Shown in pieces: positions 9,540 through 18,303 of a stretch of 64,000 nt of DNA. How positions within the stretch are numbered: position 1 is the stretch's first letter; each line of letters starts with the position of its first letter. The notes beneath the pieces were generated by a model. That model had not been told where the DNA came from. It worked only from the letters and a program-made list of their open reading frames with translations, and did no database searches. The position numbers and the translations under genes are program-made. The DNA is from Thermoproteota archaeon (GTDB lineage Archaea; Korarchaeota; Korarchaeia; Korarchaeales; Korarchaeaceae): assembly GCA_027491915.1 (NCBI GenBank), contig JAOZGC010000002.1:320001-384000 (forward strand). The letters run 5' to 3'.

Positions 9540-9959
9540 TCAGACACCCACCCTCACCTCCTTCAGGTATCCCCCAGCCCTGAGCCTCTCGGCCATTATC
9601 CTGGCCCTCCCGACCGGAATCCCGAGCAGGGCTGCTATCTCCCTTATCGTCCTCTCTCCGTCGCACAGGGCCAGGAACCGCCACTCCTGCTCGCTCAGGG
9701 CCGATATGTCCGGGCGCCCCCCGCCGGGGACCGGCACCTCCCTTATCCTCGCCATCAGGTCTCCCCCGACCTCCGAAACGCGCGCCGACTCGACGGACCT
9801 GACCTTGCCGTCAGGATCTACGTAGGCTATCATGGCGTGGTCTCCGTGATTTATCACGACGGCCGTCACCCCGGACGGGGAGGAAGAAGCCCTCCTCACC
9901 GTCTCCTCGTCCGGCTTCAGGTCCTCCACCCTCCCGCAGACCGGGCACCTGACCCTCAA
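9540..9959 (-). CDS. Zn-ribbon protein with C-terminal winged HTH
   Basis: CPVC...HGDH.....VDPDGKVRS; C-terminal LALCDGERTIREIAALL wHTH. Confidence 0.7.
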   Translation of the reverse strand: MRVRCPVCGRVEDLKPDEETVRRASSSPSGVTAVVINHGDHAMIAYVDPDGKVRSVESARVSEVGGDLMARIREVPVPGGGRPDISALSEQEWRFLALCDGERTIREIAALLGIPVGRARIMAERLRAGGYLKEVRVGV

Positions 9960-11218
9960 GCTCTGAACCTCCCCCTGCTCGGATCGAAGTGGGGGTCCGA
10001 GATCCCGCCGACCAGCCGGATGGCCGGACCGGGGGCGACCCTGAGAGCCCTCAGGATCTTCCTCTTTGGGAGCACGCGGAACATCTCCCTGACCAACTCC
10101 GAGTAACCCCTCCTCGTGTATATCAGATCGAGCAGCAGCCTCCCCATGTCGTCATCCTCTGCGGCGAAACGGAGCAAGTCGTCCAGGAACCTCAGGTCGC
10201 TGAACAGGAGATCCCTCATCTCCCTGCCGACGGCGATGTTCACCCCGAGATCTTCCTCCCCCTCGCACCTCCTCTGGTACTCGGCCAGGCCCTCCTCGCT
10301 GGGCTCGCCCTCCTCCAGGACCTCCCTGAGGACGTCGGAGGCCAGCTCCGCCGATTTGATGGCCCCCCTCACCCCCTCCCCGGTCAGCGCGTTCACGAAC
10401 CCCCCGGCGTCCCCGACCAGTAGAGTCCTCTCGGAGTACAGCCTGCCCAGGATCCCGTTGTACGGAATGTACGATCCGAGGATCTCCCCGCCGCCGGTCC
10501 GCGCGGCCCGGGCGAGCAGGCCGGACCTCCCCTCCTCCAAGAACCTCCTGAGCTCCTCCGTCGGGAGCGAGCCGTAGTTCTCCACAAGCGCCCCTATCCC
10601 GACGTTCAGGTGGTCGGAGTGCCTGAACACCCAGGCGTACCCGGCCCCGGCCAGTCCCATGTGAAACTCGTGGGCGGCCGCGTCCCGGAGATCTCCCCCG
10701 AGGGGAACGTAGGCCACCGGGCAGAAGGCGTTGCCCCTGAACCACCCCCGCGGCCTCAGGCCCAGGGAGGCCGCCACCCTCGACCCGAATCCGTCGGCCC
10801 CCACCACGGCGCGGGCCTCGTACTCCCCCCTCCTGATGATCACCCTGGCCCTCCCCTCCCCCTCGATCACGGCCCTCACGAACTCCCCCTCCCTGAGCTC
10901 TGCCCCCGCCTCGACGGCCAACCTGGCGAGCCAAGAGTCGGTCTGCTCCCGGGGGAGATTGTAGGCCAGGACCGAGTCGGACTCGAGCTCCAGGGAGAAG
11001 CCGGAGGGGGAAACGAAGATGCTCTTCCTCACCTCAACCAGGTCGTCGCTCTCTATTCCGAGCCCCTCGACCACTGGAACGCTCAGCGCCCCCCCGCACA
11101 CCTTCCTTCTCGGGTGCCTCTTGGCCTCCAGGGCCAGGACGTCGAAGCCGTGTTCGCCCAAAATCCGGGCCGCCGTCGATCCAGCCGGTCCGGTGCCGAC
11201 CACAATGACGTCTCTCAT
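9956..11218 (-). CDS. Geranylgeranyl reductase family FAD oxidoreductase
   Basis: VGTGPAGS, KVCGG, VGADG, GYAWVF, LVGDAGGFVNALTGEG. Confidence 0.9.
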   Translation of the reverse strand: MRDVIVVGTGPAGSTAARILGEHGFDVLALEAKRHPRRKVCGGALSVPVVEGLGIESDDLVEVRKSIFVSPSGFSLELESDSVLAYNLPREQTDSWLARLAVEAGAELREGEFVRAVIEGEGRARVIIRRGEYEARAVVGADGFGSRVAASLGLRPRGWFRGNAFCPVAYVPLGGDLRDAAAHEFHMGLAGAGYAWVFRHSDHLNVGIGALVENYGSLPTEELRRFLEEGRSGLLARAARTGGGEILGSYIPYNGILGRLYSERTLLVGDAGGFVNALTGEGVRGAIKSAELASDVLREVLEEGEPSEEGLAEYQRRCEGEEDLGVNIAVGREMRDLLFSDLRFLDDLLRFAAEDDDMGRLLLDLIYTRRGYSELVREMFRVLPKRKILRALRVAPGPAIRLVGGISDPHFDPSRGRFRA

Positions 11219-11330
11219 GGTCGGGGATCCCCCTGAGGATCCCGCCTTCTAGAAAAAACTTTCCTCGTCCGCGCGGGCGGCGTCCCTCCGGGGCCCCGAT
11301 AGCCCACCTCCGGTCTGGAGGCCCGCCGAC

Positions 11331-12962
11331 TCATCCCTCCCCGACGACCGCCCTGAGGAATGAGAGATAGGTCGGGCTCGGATCCCAAGGCCTGGACTTG
11401 TACTCAGGGTGGAACTGGACCCCGACCATGTAGGGATGATCTTCGACCTCGAAGGCGTTCACTATCCTTCCGCTCCCGTCCACGGCCGCCACCCTGTAGC
11501 CGGCCCCCTCCATCCTCTCGGCGTACTCCCTCACTATGTGGTACCTGTGCCTGAACCTCTCCCTCACGATCCTCCTCCCGTAGGCCTCCCTGAGCTTGGT
11601 CCCCTCGAGGAGCACCACCTCGTGGGCCCCGAGCCTCATGGTTCCGCCCTTGTCCCTTACCGCCCTCTGCTCCGGCAGGAGGTCGACCACCGGGTAGGGG
11701 GTCCCGGGATCAACCTCTGTGGAGTTCGCCCCGGCCCACCCCATCCTGGCCCTGGCGAAGGCCGCGGTGGCCAGCTGGGCCCCGAAGCATATCCCCAGGG
11801 TAGGCCTATCTCCCTCCAGCGCCCTCTCCGCCGCCGCTATTATCCCCTCGGTCCCCCTCGATCCGAACCCGGGGGTCAGCAGTATCCCCCCCGCCCCGTC
11901 GACAGACTCCCACCCGCGGCCGCCCTCCAAACCCTCCGAGTCGACGGCCTCGACCCTCACCCTAACGCCGAGCGCGGCGCCGGCGTGCCTGAGGGCCTCC
12001 ACGATGCTTATGTGGACGTCCCTCATCTTCCAGTACTTGCCCACCATGGCCACCGAGACCTCCCGGTCTGCGGAGGTCATCCTCTCCACGACCTCCCTCC
12101 AACCGTCGAGATCCGGACGCCTCGGCTCCAGCTCGAGCCTCTCCTCTAGGAAGCGGCCCATACCCTGCTCCTCCAGTATCAGGGGAAGCCTGTACACGAC
12201 GTCCAGGTAGGGGTCCTCGAATACCCGGTCCTCCGGCACGTTCGAGTAGAGGGCTATCTTCCTCCTGGCCTCCGGCGTCAGCGGGACGTCCGACCTGGCC
12301 ACTATCCCGTCGGGCTGCAGGCCGAGTCCCTGGAGTATCCTGACGCTCGTCTGGGTGGGTTTGGTCTTCAGCTCCCCAACCTGCCGCAGATAGGGGACGT
12401 AGGTCACGTGGACCAGGGCCGACCTCACCGAGAGCCTCATCTGCCTAATCGTCTCGAGGAAGGCCGACGCCTCGTAGTCCCCCACGGTGCCGCCCTGCTC
12501 CACCACCACCACGTCGCTGCCTCCCCTCTCTCCGGCCTCCTCTATCCTGCGTCTGACCTCCATCACCAGGTGCGGTATGAGCCTCAGGGTCTGCCCCAGG
12601 TACTCCCCCCTCCTCTCCCCGAGTATGAGGCTCAGCATCACCTGCCCGCTGGTCACGTTGTTGGATGGGTGCATGTTCACCCCGAGGAACCTCTCGTATG
12701 TGCCGAAGTCCTGGTCTATCTCGGCGATCCTGAAGGAGACCCCCCTCCCGGGGCTGAACTCCCAGACCTCCTCCGTGACGAAGATCTCCCCGTGCTCCAC
12801 AGGGTTCATGGTCCCCGGGTCCGGGTTGAAGTACCCGTCCAGCTTCACCATCGAGACGCTCCATCCCCGGGCCTGCAGGAGCTTCCCTATGGAGGCGGCG
12901 ACGGCTCCCTTCCCCAGCCCGCTGACCACCCCTCCCGTGACGAACACGTACCTGGGGGGCAC
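11331..12962 (-). CDS. pyrG: CTP synthase
   Basis: FVTGGVVSGLGKG, GGTVGD, KTKPTQ, GICFG nucleophile, RHRY, QFHPE. Confidence 0.95.
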   Translation of the reverse strand: MPPRYVFVTGGVVSGLGKGAVAASIGKLLQARGWSVSMVKLDGYFNPDPGTMNPVEHGEIFVTEEVWEFSPGRGVSFRIAEIDQDFGTYERFLGVNMHPSNNVTSGQVMLSLILGERRGEYLGQTLRLIPHLVMEVRRRIEEAGERGGSDVVVVEQGGTVGDYEASAFLETIRQMRLSVRSALVHVTYVPYLRQVGELKTKPTQTSVRILQGLGLQPDGIVARSDVPLTPEARRKIALYSNVPEDRVFEDPYLDVVYRLPLILEEQGMGRFLEERLELEPRRPDLDGWREVVERMTSADREVSVAMVGKYWKMRDVHISIVEALRHAGAALGVRVRVEAVDSEGLEGGRGWESVDGAGGILLTPGFGSRGTEGIIAAAERALEGDRPTLGICFGAQLATAAFARARMGWAGANSTEVDPGTPYPVVDLLPEQRAVRDKGGTMRLGAHEVVLLEGTKLREAYGRRIVRERFRHRYHIVREYAERMEGAGYRVAAVDGSGRIVNAFEVEDHPYMVGVQFHPEYKSRPWDPSPTYLSFLRAVVGEG

Positions 12963-13006
12963 CGGCCTCCCCCAACCCGGGCCGTAAAAAGTTGACGAGG
13001 CCCGGT

Positions 13007-13789
13007 TCAGATCGGCAGTAGGGGCCCTCTCCTCCTTTTATCCCCCCTTTCTCCTCCGGAGAGCCCGTATCTGGGCTCCCTGGGGACGACCGCCAGCCTC
13101 ACCTCCCTCTCCCACTCTGACGTCACCACGGTCATGTAGGGGGTCGCCCCGAGGGATATCCCACCTCCGCTGGCCGAGAAGGTGTAGGGATAGAAGAAGA
13201 AGGTGTCTTTGGGCACGGTCGGATCGTAGGGCAGCTCCACCTCGACTACGACCCTGCCGGACTCCTCGAAGACCCTGCCGTCCCCTATCGGGTACCTGGT
13301 CGTCTTACGCCCGTCTCCGACGTCTATCCACTCCTCCACCCCAAGGCCGACCACCACGTCGCCCGCGTCGATCCCAGGATCCAGGATGTACCCCCTTATG
13401 ATCTCCCCGGGGCGCCAGGGACCGCCCTCCAGCCTTATCCACCCGCTCCTCTCCTGCCTCGGCGGCCTGGGGAGGACCTTGATCCTCACCCTTCCCTTGG
13501 GGGAGAACAGCCCCCTCAGGCCGCCGGCCGCCCTGAACGTCAGCGTCCACTTGACCTGACTCCCCCGGGTGTAGACCGTGGGCGGTAGGGTGTCGGGGTA
13601 GCCTATCTCGAAGGGGCCGGGGCCCACCCTCCCGCTCCACCTGTAGATGGATATGACCTTGGGGAGGGGGGCCGAGGGGTCCAGCAGCCTGGTGGCGAGC
13701 ATGACCGAGAGTGTGGCCTCCACCTCGCCGCCGGACACCTCGCCCCTTATGGGCTCCCCCACCCGGATGAGCCTCCTCTCCAAGGTCAC
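13007..13789 (-). CDS. Hypothetical beta-rich protein, possibly arrestin/Vps26/SpoOM-like
   Basis: Two repeats starting GE.IRG; PFEIGYPDTLPPTV...VKWTL resembles the arrestin_N LP.S..G...Y motif. Confidence 0.5.
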   Translation of the reverse strand: MTLERRLIRVGEPIRGEVSGGEVEATLSVMLATRLLDPSAPLPKVISIYRWSGRVGPGPFEIGYPDTLPPTVYTRGSQVKWTLTFRAAGGLRGLFSPKGRVRIKVLPRPPRQERSGWIRLEGGPWRPGEIIRGYILDPGIDAGDVVVGLGVEEWIDVGDGRKTTRYPIGDGRVFEESGRVVVEVELPYDPTVPKDTFFFYPYTFSASGGGISLGATPYMTVVTSEWEREVRLAVVPREPRYGLSGGERGDKRRRGPLLPI

Positions 13790-13796
13790 CGAGTAC

Positions 13797-14435
13797 CTAC
13801 CCGTGGACCACCACCTCCGCCAGGTAGGTCTCCCTGAGGATGCCGGGCCCCTTCAGTATCCTGACGCCCTCGTAGTCGTCCTTGAAGAGGTGCAGCCTGT
13901 ACCTCTTGGGGGGCGTCCCCTCCCTCTCCAGCTCCCCGGCGAGCAGCCTGACGAGGGACTCCACGGCCGCCTTGAGGGTCCTGTCCTTGCCCGGCTGCTC
14001 CCTCGCCTTCGAGGTGTAAAACTCCTCCAACTTGACCAGGCTGTACCACCTGGCCACGAGCACGAAGTACAGCAGCACCGTGGCCGCTATCAGCGTCGCC
14101 TGGGCCATCGGATGGCCCCAGACCGAGAGACCCAGCGCGACCACGAACAGCATTATGGTCACCCTCAAGGTGAGCCTGACCACGAGGAACACCTTCGACC
14201 ACCTGGTGGCCGACGGGTCCCTGGCCGGCAGGTTCACCATGAACTCCAGGACCCTCTCCAGCTTCTTCCTCCCGCCGCTGCCCCCGAGAGCCCCCTTCAC
14301 CAGGTCCCACCGCTCGTCCAGCATGGCCCTTATCCTCTTTGGATCGACGTTCCTCCCTATCCTGTAACCGTCTATGGCCTCTATGAGGGCGGCAACGTCC
14401 TCCAGATCGCGTCTCTTCTTCCCAAACAACCCCAA
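13797..14435 (-). CDS. Hypothetical membrane protein (2 central TM helices)
   Basis: Hydrophobic segments at about aa 82-127 flanked by charged domains; genome-typical codons; 7 nt upstream of the 13789 gene. Confidence 0.65.
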   Translation of the reverse strand: MGLFGKKRRDLEDVAALIEAIDGYRIGRNVDPKRIRAMLDERWDLVKGALGGSGGRKKLERVLEFMVNLPARDPSATRWSKVFLVVRLTLRVTIMLFVVALGLSVWGHPMAQATLIAATVLLYFVLVARWYSLVKLEEFYTSKAREQPGKDRTLKAAVESLVRLLAGELEREGTPPKRYRLHLFKDDYEGVRILKGPGILRETYLAEVVVHG

Positions 14436-14503
14436 CCACGACGCCCCCCAGGCGGCGTCCGGCCGGCAAATAAGCTGCCCGGGCCTTCGACTTCGCGCTG
14501 ACA

Positions 14504-14520
14504 GAAAACTATATTAATTT
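14504..14520 (+). promoter_or_regulatory. BRE/TATA promoter of APC permease operon
   Basis: GAAAACTATATTAATTT, AT-rich island about 75 nt upstream of ATG 14594. Confidence 0.55.
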
Positions 14521-14542
14521 ACCAGATGACGAAGTTGGGACC

Positions 14543-14562
14543 GTCCGACGTGACGGTCGGAC
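14543..14562. promoter_or_regulatory. Perfect inverted repeat GTCCGAC-N6-GTCGGAC, candidate operator
   Basis: 7-bp palindrome located about 25 nt downstream of the TATA box, i.e. at the expected start site. Confidence 0.35.
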
Positions 14563-14593
14563 CGAAAATATGTGAGTGTCGGGGGGAATATGG

Positions 14594-16294
14594 ATGGCCT
14601 CCGAAGGGGCACCGACGCTCTTCGTGAGGAGGGCGTCAGGTCTCGTCAGGACGGTCGGGCCGACGACTGCCTTCATGATCGTCTTCACGCACACGGTCGG
14701 AGGCGGGATACACAAGCTGGCGGTCATAGCGGCCTACTCCTATCCGGGAGCCTTCGTGCCCTGGTCCTTCCTCATAACCGGGATATTCGCGGCCCTGCCG
14801 ACCGCCGTCATATACACCCTCATGGGAGCCATGATGCCCAGGACCGGCGGCGACTACGTCTTCATAACCAGGGGACTGAGCCCGGTCTGGGGATTCCTGG
14901 CTTCCTGGGGATTCTGGTTCACTGAGGTTCTCAGCTACGGCATAATAGCCTGGTACAGCATAGACTTCTTCACCGGGGCGGTGACCGCGGCGGGAATAGC
15001 CCTCAACGACGAGGGCCTGCTGGCGACCGCCCAGTGGATGAACACCATGGACGGCCACCTGATCCTGGGAGTCTCATTCGTCATAATATTCGGCGCGATC
15101 GCGTTCTTCGGAATGAAGATATATGGATATATCATCAACCTCCTGGGAATAATAGCCATATTAGGATGCCTTAGCAACATATTCATCCTCTCCGCCTGGG
15201 GGCTCTCGCCCGGGGCGGCCGTGGCCGGCTTCAACTCCATGTACGGCTCCGGGGCCTACGAGAAGATAGTCGCCAAGGCGTTCGAGCTGGGCAGCCCGCC
15301 CGCGAAGCCGTTCAGCTGGGCGGCCACCATAGACGCGGGAGTGGGCGCCATATGGGCCTACATAGGGATAGTCTCCGCCGTCTTCGTGGGCGGCGAGCTC
15401 AAGCAGCCCTCCACCTCCCTCATAGTGGCCCAGGTCCTTGGGACCATAGTGATAATGCTCTACTACATCACCCTCCCGTACCTCTTCTACGCCGCCTGGC
15501 AGGTCCCGGCCAGCGTCCTCCAGTCGACCCCGGGAGCCATGGAGTGGCTCTCCGCCAACGGCGTGCCGGCCGACAGGGTCTACTTCACCGCGCTCTACAA
15601 CTACGTCTACGAAGAGCTCGGGGCTGACGGGCTGGGGGCCCTCATAGGGGTGCCCGGGTCCCACATGCTGCCTCCAGGCGCCATAACCTCCTTCACAATA
15701 CCGCTCGTCCCCAGGGGTATGGAGTGGCTCCAGATTACCACCGGAACCATAGTGGGCATAATCCTGCTGAAGGACATCCCGGCCTTCTTCGTCGTGGCCA
15801 GCAGGATGGTCTTCGCCTGGGCCTTCGACAGGTTCTTCCCGGAGGTCTTCGCCTCCGTCAACGAGAAGTTCCACAGCCCGCACTGGGCCATAATCCTCAC
15901 CATGATAGGAGGCCTGGTGGGAGTCCTGATCCTCTACACCGCCGGGTACGACTGGGTCGCGGCCGCCGACACCTCCAACCTGTACCAGTTCGCCGTCATG
16001 TCCGCCAGCATAGCGGCCGCCGTGCTCCCGTACGTCAGGGCTGACCTGTACGAGAGGTCCACCCTCAAGTGGGAGATAGCCGGGATACCGCTGATCACCT
16101 TGCTCGGGGCCTACTCCTTCGCGGTGAACTTCTTCTTCTACTTCGTCACCAGCGCCCAGCTCGGGCTCAACATCTGGCTCCAGCAGTCCGTCTGGATGGG
16201 TCTCGGCGCCTTCATCTTCGTGGGCTACCTGATCTACAACCAGAAGCGCGGCATAGACGTGAAGACCATATACGCGGAGATACCGCCCGCGTGA
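14594..16294 (+). CDS. APC family amino acid/polyamine permease
   Basis: LFVRRASGLVR, MPRTGGDY, SRMVFAWAFDR..P, 12+ TM helices, EIPP C-terminus. Confidence 0.9.
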   Translation: MASEGAPTLFVRRASGLVRTVGPTTAFMIVFTHTVGGGIHKLAVIAAYSYPGAFVPWSFLITGIFAALPTAVIYTLMGAMMPRTGGDYVFITRGLSPVWGFLASWGFWFTEVLSYGIIAWYSIDFFTGAVTAAGIALNDEGLLATAQWMNTMDGHLILGVSFVIIFGAIAFFGMKIYGYIINLLGIIAILGCLSNIFILSAWGLSPGAAVAGFNSMYGSGAYEKIVAKAFELGSPPAKPFSWAATIDAGVGAIWAYIGIVSAVFVGGELKQPSTSLIVAQVLGTIVIMLYYITLPYLFYAAWQVPASVLQSTPGAMEWLSANGVPADRVYFTALYNYVYEELGADGLGALIGVPGSHMLPPGAITSFTIPLVPRGMEWLQITTGTIVGIILLKDIPAFFVVASRMVFAWAFDRFFPEVFASVNEKFHSPHWAIILTMIGGLVGVLILYTAGYDWVAAADTSNLYQFAVMSASIAAAVLPYVRADLYERSTLKWEIAGIPLITLLGAYSFAVNFFFYFVTSAQLGLNIWLQQSVWMGLGAFIFVGYLIYNQKRGIDVKTIYAEIPPA

Positions 16295-16310
16295 TCGGGC
16301 GGCTCTCCTC

Positions 16311-16330
16311 TCCTCTTTTTCTTTTATTCC
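16311..16330 (+). terminator. Oligo-T/pyrimidine tract (archaeal terminator-like)
   Basis: TCCTCTTTTTCTTTTATTCC just after the permease stop. Confidence 0.45.
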
Positions 16331-16481
16331 ACCTATCCGTCCGTCTCTCCTCGGTTGACCGTTCCGGTCGACCGGCTTGAACTTCCGGGCCGGGCCGCGC
16401 CTTCTCGGTAACCCCGGGGCTGGGGTACGCTTATATGATGCCCGCCCCGTCCGGCGCGGCGGAAGGCGAGAGGTGGTTCAT

Positions 16482-17441
16482 GTGGTCTTCAGGATGTTCT
16501 TCTCCGCCGACACCCACGGGAACACCGTGGTATGGAGGAAGTGGCTCAACGCGGTCAACGTGTACAAGGCGACCGTGATAATATTCGCCGGGGACCTGAC
16601 CGGGAAGGCCATAGTGCCCATATTCGACAAGGGCGGCAGGTACGAGGCGGAGGTCCTCGGGCAGAAGAGGGTGGCCAAGTCCGAGGAGGAGCTGAGGAAG
16701 CTCCAGGACTTCATAGAGGGGATAGGCTACTACTCCGTCGTCCTCACCCCAGAGGAGGTCCAGGAGATAGCCGCCAGCCCGAAGAAGCAGGAGGAGCTCT
16801 TCAGGGAGCTCATGACGGCCAGGATGAGGAAGTGGCTGGACCTGGTCCTGGAGAAGGTCAACGTCAAGGAGGTGATCCCCATAGTGATGCCCGGGAACGA
16901 CGACGAGCTCTACATAGACGACGTGATCAAGGAGTACGAGGACAGGGGCATAGTCTACCCCCTGGACAAGGTGGTGGAGATACCCTACGGCTATCAGATA
17001 GTCAGCCACGAGTACGTCAACCCCACCCCCTGGAACACCCCCAGGGAGGCCCCGGAGAAAAAGCTGGAGAAGATGCTGAGGGAGAGGATAGGGAGGCTGG
17101 AGACCTCCGACTTCAAGAAGGTGATATTCAACTTCCACCCGCCTCCCTACGACACGAAGCTGGACCTGGCCCCCAAGCTGGACAAGGACCTGAAGCCCGT
17201 CTACGTGGGGGGAAAGCCCCTGATGGTTCACGTCGGCTCAACCGCCGTCAGGAAGATGGAGGAGGAGTACCAGCCGCTGCTGGGCCTCCACGGCCACATA
17301 CACGAGAGCTACGCCAGCGACAGGATAGGGGAAACCGTGGTCCTGAATCCCGGGAGCGAGTACACCGAGGGGATCCTCAGGGGGTTCATAGTGGAGTTCA
17401 TGGAGGACGGGCTGAAGAACTGGTGGAAGATAGAGGGGTGA
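16482..17441 (+). CDS. Calcineurin-like metallophosphoesterase (Icc-related)
   Basis: ADTHG, AGDLTG, PGNDD, HPPP, LHGHIHE, NPGS motifs; start GTG 16482 or ATG 16494. Confidence 0.88.
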   Translation: MVFRMFFSADTHGNTVVWRKWLNAVNVYKATVIIFAGDLTGKAIVPIFDKGGRYEAEVLGQKRVAKSEEELRKLQDFIEGIGYYSVVLTPEEVQEIAASPKKQEELFRELMTARMRKWLDLVLEKVNVKEVIPIVMPGNDDELYIDDVIKEYEDRGIVYPLDKVVEIPYGYQIVSHEYVNPTPWNTPREAPEKKLEKMLRERIGRLETSDFKKVIFNFHPPPYDTKLDLAPKLDKDLKPVYVGGKPLMVHVGSTAVRKMEEEYQPLLGLHGHIHESYASDRIGETVVLNPGSEYTEGILRGFIVEFMEDGLKNWWKIEG

Positions 17442-17442
17442 G

Positions 17443-18303
17443 GTGCGCTCCTTGACCGGAGGGGAGAGAGGAGGCGGGGACATACACTTCGTCGAGATGC
17501 GGCCGGAGGACTTCGTGGCCGAGTGCGTCGACATAGTGAGGAGGGCCCAGGACAAGGGGGTGGTGATAAGGATACTCGGGGCTATGGCCGTCTACCTGCA
17601 CACCGAAGGGTGCGAGAGGTGCAGGGAGATCCACAGGACCAGGTTCGGCGAGGGGACCCCCATGTTCACGGACCTGGACGTCATGGCCTACAAGAAGCAG
17701 AAGAAGAAGATAAAAGAGTTCTTCGAGAAGGATCTGAAATTCCTGCCCGACAGGATGGTCAACGTCCTGTTCGGGGACAAGAGGCTCATCTACTACCACC
17801 CCGAGGGGAAGTACCACGTGGACGTCTTCTTCGACAAGCTAGAGTTCAGCCACGACGTTCCCTTCGGGAGCAAGCCCGGCGAGGGGAGGCTGGACTTGTC
17901 TTTCCCCGCCATAACCCCGACCGACGTGGTGCTGGAGAAGCTCCAGATCCACGACATAAATCCGAAGGATCTGGTCGACCTGATAGTGCTCTTCATGAGC
18001 CACGATCTGGCCGAGGAGGACGGGGAGGGCAAGATAAACGCGGCCTACATAGCCGGACTCCTGGCGGACGACTGGGGCTTCTGGTACGACGCCACCCGCA
18101 ACCTGGAGCTGGTCAAGAGCTACGCCGACCAGATGGTGGGCGAGGGGAGGCTGAACCCTGAGGAGGCGGAGAGGGTGAAATCCCAGGTGGATCTCCTCCT
18201 CAGGAGGATAGAGGAGGAGCCGAAGACCAAGAGGTGGAGGAAGAGGGCCAAGACCGGGACCAAGAAGAAGTGGTACAGGGAGGTGGAGGAGGTAGTCAGA
18301 TGA
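17443..18303 (+). CDS. Pol-beta superfamily nucleotidyltransferase-like protein
   Basis: LGAMAV..H, TDLDV (DxD), VDVF, KLQI...KD..D. Confidence 0.7.
   Translation: MRSLTGGERGGGDIHFVEMRPEDFVAECVDIVRRAQDKGVVIRILGAMAVYLHTEGCERCREIHRTRFGEGTPMFTDLDVMAYKKQKKKIKEFFEKDLKFLPDRMVNVLFGDKRLIYYHPEGKYHVDVFFDKLEFSHDVPFGSKPGEGRLDLSFPAITPTDVVLEKLQIHDINPKDLVDLIVLFMSHDLAEEDGEGKINAAYIAGLLADDWGFWYDATRNLELVKSYADQMVGEGRLNPEEAERVKSQVDLLLRRIEEEPKTKRWRKRAKTGTKKKWYREVEEVVR

Noticed and set aside
9956-11218. Geranylgeranyl reductase as a sign of GTPase prenylation
   Set aside because: GGR reduces lipid isoprenoid chains and does not transfer prenyl groups, and neither GTPase has a C-terminal Cys motif
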